Assembly: GCF_052938775.1 (NCBI RefSeq)
Contig: NZ_CM129038.1
Length of the DNA stretch: 32,000 bases
Reading direction: 5' to 3' (one strand)
Shown in pieces: positions 27,000 through 32,000 of this stretch. Below the pieces are notes generated by a model. It was given only the letters and a program-made list of their open reading frames with translations, had not been told where the DNA came from and searched no databases. Position 1 is the stretch's first letter. Each line of letters opens with the position of its first letter. A program made the translations under genes and the position numbers.

Positions 27000-27362
27000 A
27001 TGGTTGTTTTTATTAATTTCATTTATTCTTTTGTGCTTATTATTTTCAGGAGGCTGCTGCCTTTCCTCAGAAATAAGTTTCCTTCTGCTTTTTCTTATGC
27101 GGGTACATTAACGTATCTTTTTATGTCGATTTCTCTTGCTGTAAGTTTTATTATTGCAGCAAACTCTGTTATTGATACTGTTTCTTCTTCTGCTGTTATG
27201 AACAGGTACCTTATTATTGCGTTCAGCTATTTACCCCATAACTTTACATTTTGCGCAAATCTCATTATCGCCGCTGATTTTATTTCTTTTCTTTTTCACT
27301 CAAAGGAACGTATTTATCGATATATTCGCTTGTTTATATCAGGGAAAATACCGGGAGGCTAA
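27000..27362 (+). CDS. g6p-like minor coat protein (copy 2)
   Basis: Identical to 19103..19465. Confidence 0.65.
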   Translation: MVVFINFIYSFVLIIFRRLLPFLRNKFPSAFSYAGTLTYLFMSISLAVSFIIAANSVIDTVSSSAVMNRYLIIAFSYLPHNFTFCANLIIAADFISFLFHSKERIYRYIRLFISGKIPGG

Positions 27363-28577
<1,215 letters not shown>

Positions 28578-28657
28578 GACAGAAGAGATACCGCTCGCCG
28601 CAAGTTTATGACCGAACGTAGTGAGCGAATAAACGAGGAAGCGGAATGTCTTCATGA

Positions 28658-29911
<1,254 letters not shown>

Positions 29912-29964
29912 GTGCCGACCGGGATTATCAGGACGCGGCATCTCAGTTTACCCACCACAACGTC

Positions 29965-30057
29965 AGTGCGCATAATGTGACACGCGTTATGTTGAAAAGG
30001 CCGCTGCGATACTCTCCACCGCAGTGGCCTTTTTACACATAACGCCATTGTGCGCAC
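29965..30057 (+). other. attP-type junction between phage A copy 2 and phage B (variant hairpin)
   Basis: Same 92-nt inverted-repeat unit as 22069-22160 but with substitutions at 30025 (C>T), 30036 (T>C) and 30045 (T>C), all in the second arm. Sequence diverges completely from phage A from 30060 onward. Confidence 0.8.
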
Positions 30058-30130
30058 TGTGTCGTTTTCTGTTGTGTATTGACGTATCTGTGACGCCAGC
30101 ACGCCGATGAAGAAGAAAAGGGAAGTAGAA

Positions 30131-30224
30131 CGTCGTCACGCCAGCCGCACCCGCCCGCAGGGTCGAGGACGGGAGCGCCTGCCGTGACGACGGACGACGA
30201 TCACGATGATGATGATTCGTCGTC
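30131..30224. other. GC-rich nested hairpins built from CGTCGTC/GACGACG motifs (candidate minus-strand origin or packaging signal of phage B)
   Basis: CGTCGTCACG (30131-30140) pairs with CGTGACGACG (30183-30192), and GACGACGA (30193-30200) pairs with TCGTCGTC (30217-30224). The region is far more GC-rich than the rest of phage B. Confidence 0.4.
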
Positions 30225-30353
30225 TGCCGTTACAGATTGGTTGTAAAATGACCGCGCAGCGGTTCGGGAGTTCTGTTACACCCGATATTTACCGTACATT
30301 CCTACGGTTTTTAGTCTTTCAGTCTGTGAACTTTACTTTTTGAGCGCACCAGA

Positions 30354-30396
30354 AAAGTGCAGTGTAATACTGCACTTTAGTCTCATTTTTGAGACT
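30354..30396. terminator. Two adjacent hairpins downstream of the phage B regulator gene (terminator-like)
   Basis: AAAGTGCAG-TGTAATA-CTGCACTTT (30354-30378) and AGTCTC-ATTTTT-GAGACT (30379-30396). On the minus strand the first is followed by TTTT. Confidence 0.5.
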
Positions 30397-30442
30397 CTTT
30401 GTCTGCTTTTTGTTCGGCAGTCGTCGTATCTGTACATAATTT

Positions 30443-30631
30443 CTATTTTTTTGCCCTTAGTTCTGCACCAAATTTTTTGTAGTCATCTTCCGTTATGCTT
30501 TCTAGTCCCTTTGTTATTATCCATTCTAGAACTTTAGTATCTTTTACTGGTAAGGCTAGCATTGTTACGGCTTTTACAGTTTCTTTCTCTATTTTTCTCC
30601 ATTGAACATCGTTTATGTGCTTTGTTGGCAT
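30443..30631 (-). CDS. 62-aa regulator of phage B (diverged counterpart of the phage A regulator)
   Basis: MPTKHINDVQWRKIEKETVKAVTMLALPVKDTKVLEWIITKGLESI...AKK. It has the same length, strand, position and KK C-terminus as the phage A protein, with only weak sequence similarity. A GGAGAC SD-like sequence lies upstream. Confidence 0.65.
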   Translation of the reverse strand: MPTKHINDVQWRKIEKETVKAVTMLALPVKDTKVLEWIITKGLESITEDDYKKFGAELRAKK

Positions 30632-30748
30632 TTTCTTAGTCTCCTTTTATGTTTTCTGGATCATATATCTAAATACTTATACCTGTTGACTTTTATAATC
30701 TAAGAACTTATAAAACTAGTATAAATAATTTCTTAGAATCTAAGGGTT
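30632..30748. promoter_or_regulatory. Divergent promoter/operator region of phage B
   Basis: A near-consensus sigma70 promoter: TTGACT (30686-30691), 17 nt, TATAAA (30709-30714). Repeats ATCTAAATACTTATA (30667-30681) and ATCTAAGAACTTATA (30698-30712) are present. The palindrome CTTAGA-A-TCTAAG lies at 30732-30744, just before the Rep ATG. Confidence 0.65.
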
Positions 30749-31798
30749 ATGATCGACTGGCTTACTGCAATTTATCCCTGTGTTCACGAGCCTTTGCCTT
30801 CCGGCTCAGTTATCAGTCTTGATGCATCAGGTGAGGTTGAGTGGAAGGCTGTTAAGCGTCTTGCTGTTCGTGGCTCTCATGAATCATCGTTGTACGTGCG
30901 TTCTGTCGGTTCTGATGGGGAAGGGCGTTGCTCCCATCTTTACATCGATGGCAATCCGTCAAAGTTTTTGCAGGGTCATAATGTTGTTGGTTCTGATGAT
31001 TTGCGTGGGCTTGCGGTTGCTGTTTATGCGCGTGTTTTGTCGTTACTGAATATTCCTCACCATATGTTCTCTTATCGTGAGGTCCTTGATGGTATGTTCC
31101 GGCTTCTGCGTGTTGATATTAATTACATGTTTGAACTGGGTTCTCTTGATAATGTTCGTAACTGGCTTTATGCCGCTGAATTTAAGGCCAGAACCCGTCA
31201 CGGTCGCGCCACGGGTAAGGGGGGAACGGTTTATTTTGGTCAGCATTCCCGTCGCTGGGGTGGTAAGGGTTATTCGAAATATGATGAACACATGAGCGGT
31301 AAAAAAGGTCATCAGATACCTGCTGAATTTGTTTATGCCGGATTACTTGACTGGTCCAGGGATAAATTACGTATTGAATTGATATTGCGATCTCTTGAAC
31401 TTAAGACAATTAATCATTCACTGGGAAAAAGCTGGACTACTGAAACAGCAATAAAATTATTTACTGATTATATAGGCAGAATAGAGATGAGTCAGAATGT
31501 TTTGCTAAGCGATGAAAAAATAAACAAATTATCTCGTTGTGTTAGGTCAACTTATTTACTTTGGAAACAGGGAGTAAATTTAAAATCTGTTTTACCAAAA
31601 CCTACTTTTTTTCGCCATCGTAAAGAACTACTTAATTTTGGCATTGATATTAATTTCTATTGTGAAACGCCGGATAAAAACAACATTATTCCGATGGTTC
31701 GTGTTCTTGAAGCCAGACCTGCAAAAATACCGCAATGGATATATGAAAAGGGTCTGATATTTGATTTTAACCGCACACCGTGTGCCGTGAATTACTGA
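30749..31798 (+). CDS. Replication initiation protein, Ff gpII-like
   Basis: 349 aa. Compared with f1 gpII from memory: MIDWL vs MIDML at the N-terminus, GNPSKFLQGHNVVGSDDL vs ASPAKVLQGHNVFGTTDL, LRVDINYMF vs SRIDATF, LRIELILRSLEL vs VRFEARIKTRYL, and NNIIPMVRVLE vs NNVVPLVRFIN. Confidence 0.85.
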   Translation: MIDWLTAIYPCVHEPLPSGSVISLDASGEVEWKAVKRLAVRGSHESSLYVRSVGSDGEGRCSHLYIDGNPSKFLQGHNVVGSDDLRGLAVAVYARVLSLLNIPHHMFSYREVLDGMFRLLRVDINYMFELGSLDNVRNWLYAAEFKARTRHGRATGKGGTVYFGQHSRRWGGKGYSKYDEHMSGKKGHQIPAEFVYAGLLDWSRDKLRIELILRSLELKTINHSLGKSWTTETAIKLFTDYIGRIEMSQNVLLSDEKINKLSRCVRSTYLLWKQGVNLKSVLPKPTFFRHRKELLNFGIDINFYCETPDKNNIIPMVRVLEARPAKIPQWIYEKGLIFDFNRTPCAVNY

Positions 31799-31808
31799 GA
31801 GGTAAGAT

Positions 31809-32000
31809 ATGATTAAAATTGAAATTAAGCCGTCACAGGTTGCCGTTGATGAACGCTCCGGTGAGAAGGACGGTAAAAAATGGGTGTCCCGTGAGCAGAA
31901 AGGATATATTTATCTTGGCGCTGATTACCCTGAGCTTTTTGTTTTTCCACTTGCAGATGGTCAGCCACCTTATGACGCCGGTTTTTATGAACTGACTGAG
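31809..32000 (+). CDS. ssDNA-binding protein, Ff gpV-like (3' end beyond window)
   Basis: GAGAGG SD, then ATG at 31809. The reading is MIKIEIKPSQVAVDERSGEKDGKKWVSREQKGYIYLGADYPELFVFPLADGQPPYDAGFYEL. The f1 gpV counterpart is MIKVEIKPSQAQFTTRSG...YVDLGNEYPVLVKITLDEGQPAYAPGLYTV. Confidence 0.85.
   Translation, partial: MIKIEIKPSQVAVDERSGEKDGKKWVSREQKGYIYLGADYPELFVFPLADGQPPYDAGFYELTE

Larger units (their letters stand above)
29966..32000 (+). mobile_element. Second, different filamentous prophage B (Ff-like replication module), 5' part only
   Basis: It has its own attP hairpin, then a non-coding structured region, a 62-aa regulator (-), an f1 gpII-like Rep and an f1 gpV-like SSB. Beyond the hairpin and one 16-mer it shares no nucleotide similarity with phage A. 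It continues past the window end. Confidence 0.85.

Noticed and set aside
29965-29992. Third dif-like site as the functional chromosomal dif
   Set aside because: After the XerC arm it reads TGTGACACGCG-TTATGTTGAAA, not TGTATA-TTATGTTAAAT. It is an attP-type junction, so the reconstituted dif must lie further right, outside the window.
30107-30187. 26-codon highly basic ORF (MKKKREVERRHASRTRPQGRGRERLP) in the phage B leader
   Set aside because: It is very short with no SD, and it coincides with the GC-rich hairpin cluster. It is more likely a by-product of structured DNA.
30340-30537. 65-aa plus-strand ORF in phage B
   Set aside because: It is antisense to the better-supported 62-aa regulator and overlaps the terminator hairpins. 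It is a hydrophobic translation of T-rich DNA with no SD.

Overview
This is an Escherichia coli-type chromosomal terminus region, apparently in inverted orientation relative to the K-12 map. The left 14.1 kb is ordinary core genome. It holds the AI-2 quorum-sensing locus: lsrD (partial), lsrC and lsrA on the minus strand, the divergent lsr control region, and lsrR-lsrK on the plus strand. An AT-rich spacer follows, then a ~5.4 kb AIDA-type autotransporter gene split by one frameshift (yneO/ydeK-like pseudogene). Next comes the hipBA toxin-antitoxin operon with its four HipB operators. About 70 bp after hipA, where the chromosomal dif site should be, the exact XerC-binding arm of dif is fused to foreign DNA. 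From there to the window end, the sequence is an array of integrase-less filamentous (inovirus-type) prophages, all in the same orientation. Phage A is present as two head-to-tail copies of a complete 7,897-bp genome (14172-22068 and 22069-29965); they matched everywhere I compared them. Its gene order is small regulator (minus strand), phiX174 A / P2 gpA-like Rep, a gpV-position protein, two small membrane proteins, major coat, terminator, g3p-like, g6p-like, Zot/g1p-like ATPase and pIV secretin. Phage B is a different inovirus that starts at 29966 and continues past the window. It has a diverged 62-aa regulator, an f1 gpII-like Rep and an f1 gpV-like ssDNA-binding protein. Every unit boundary carries the same ~92-nt imperfect inverted repeat built from two dif-like half sites. 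This is the forked-hairpin attP design known from CTXphi-type XerCD-dependent integration (CUS-1/Ypf-phi-like situation). No tRNA, rRNA, CRISPR, IS element or integrase was seen. All family assignments come from reading the translations and motifs by eye, with no database searches.
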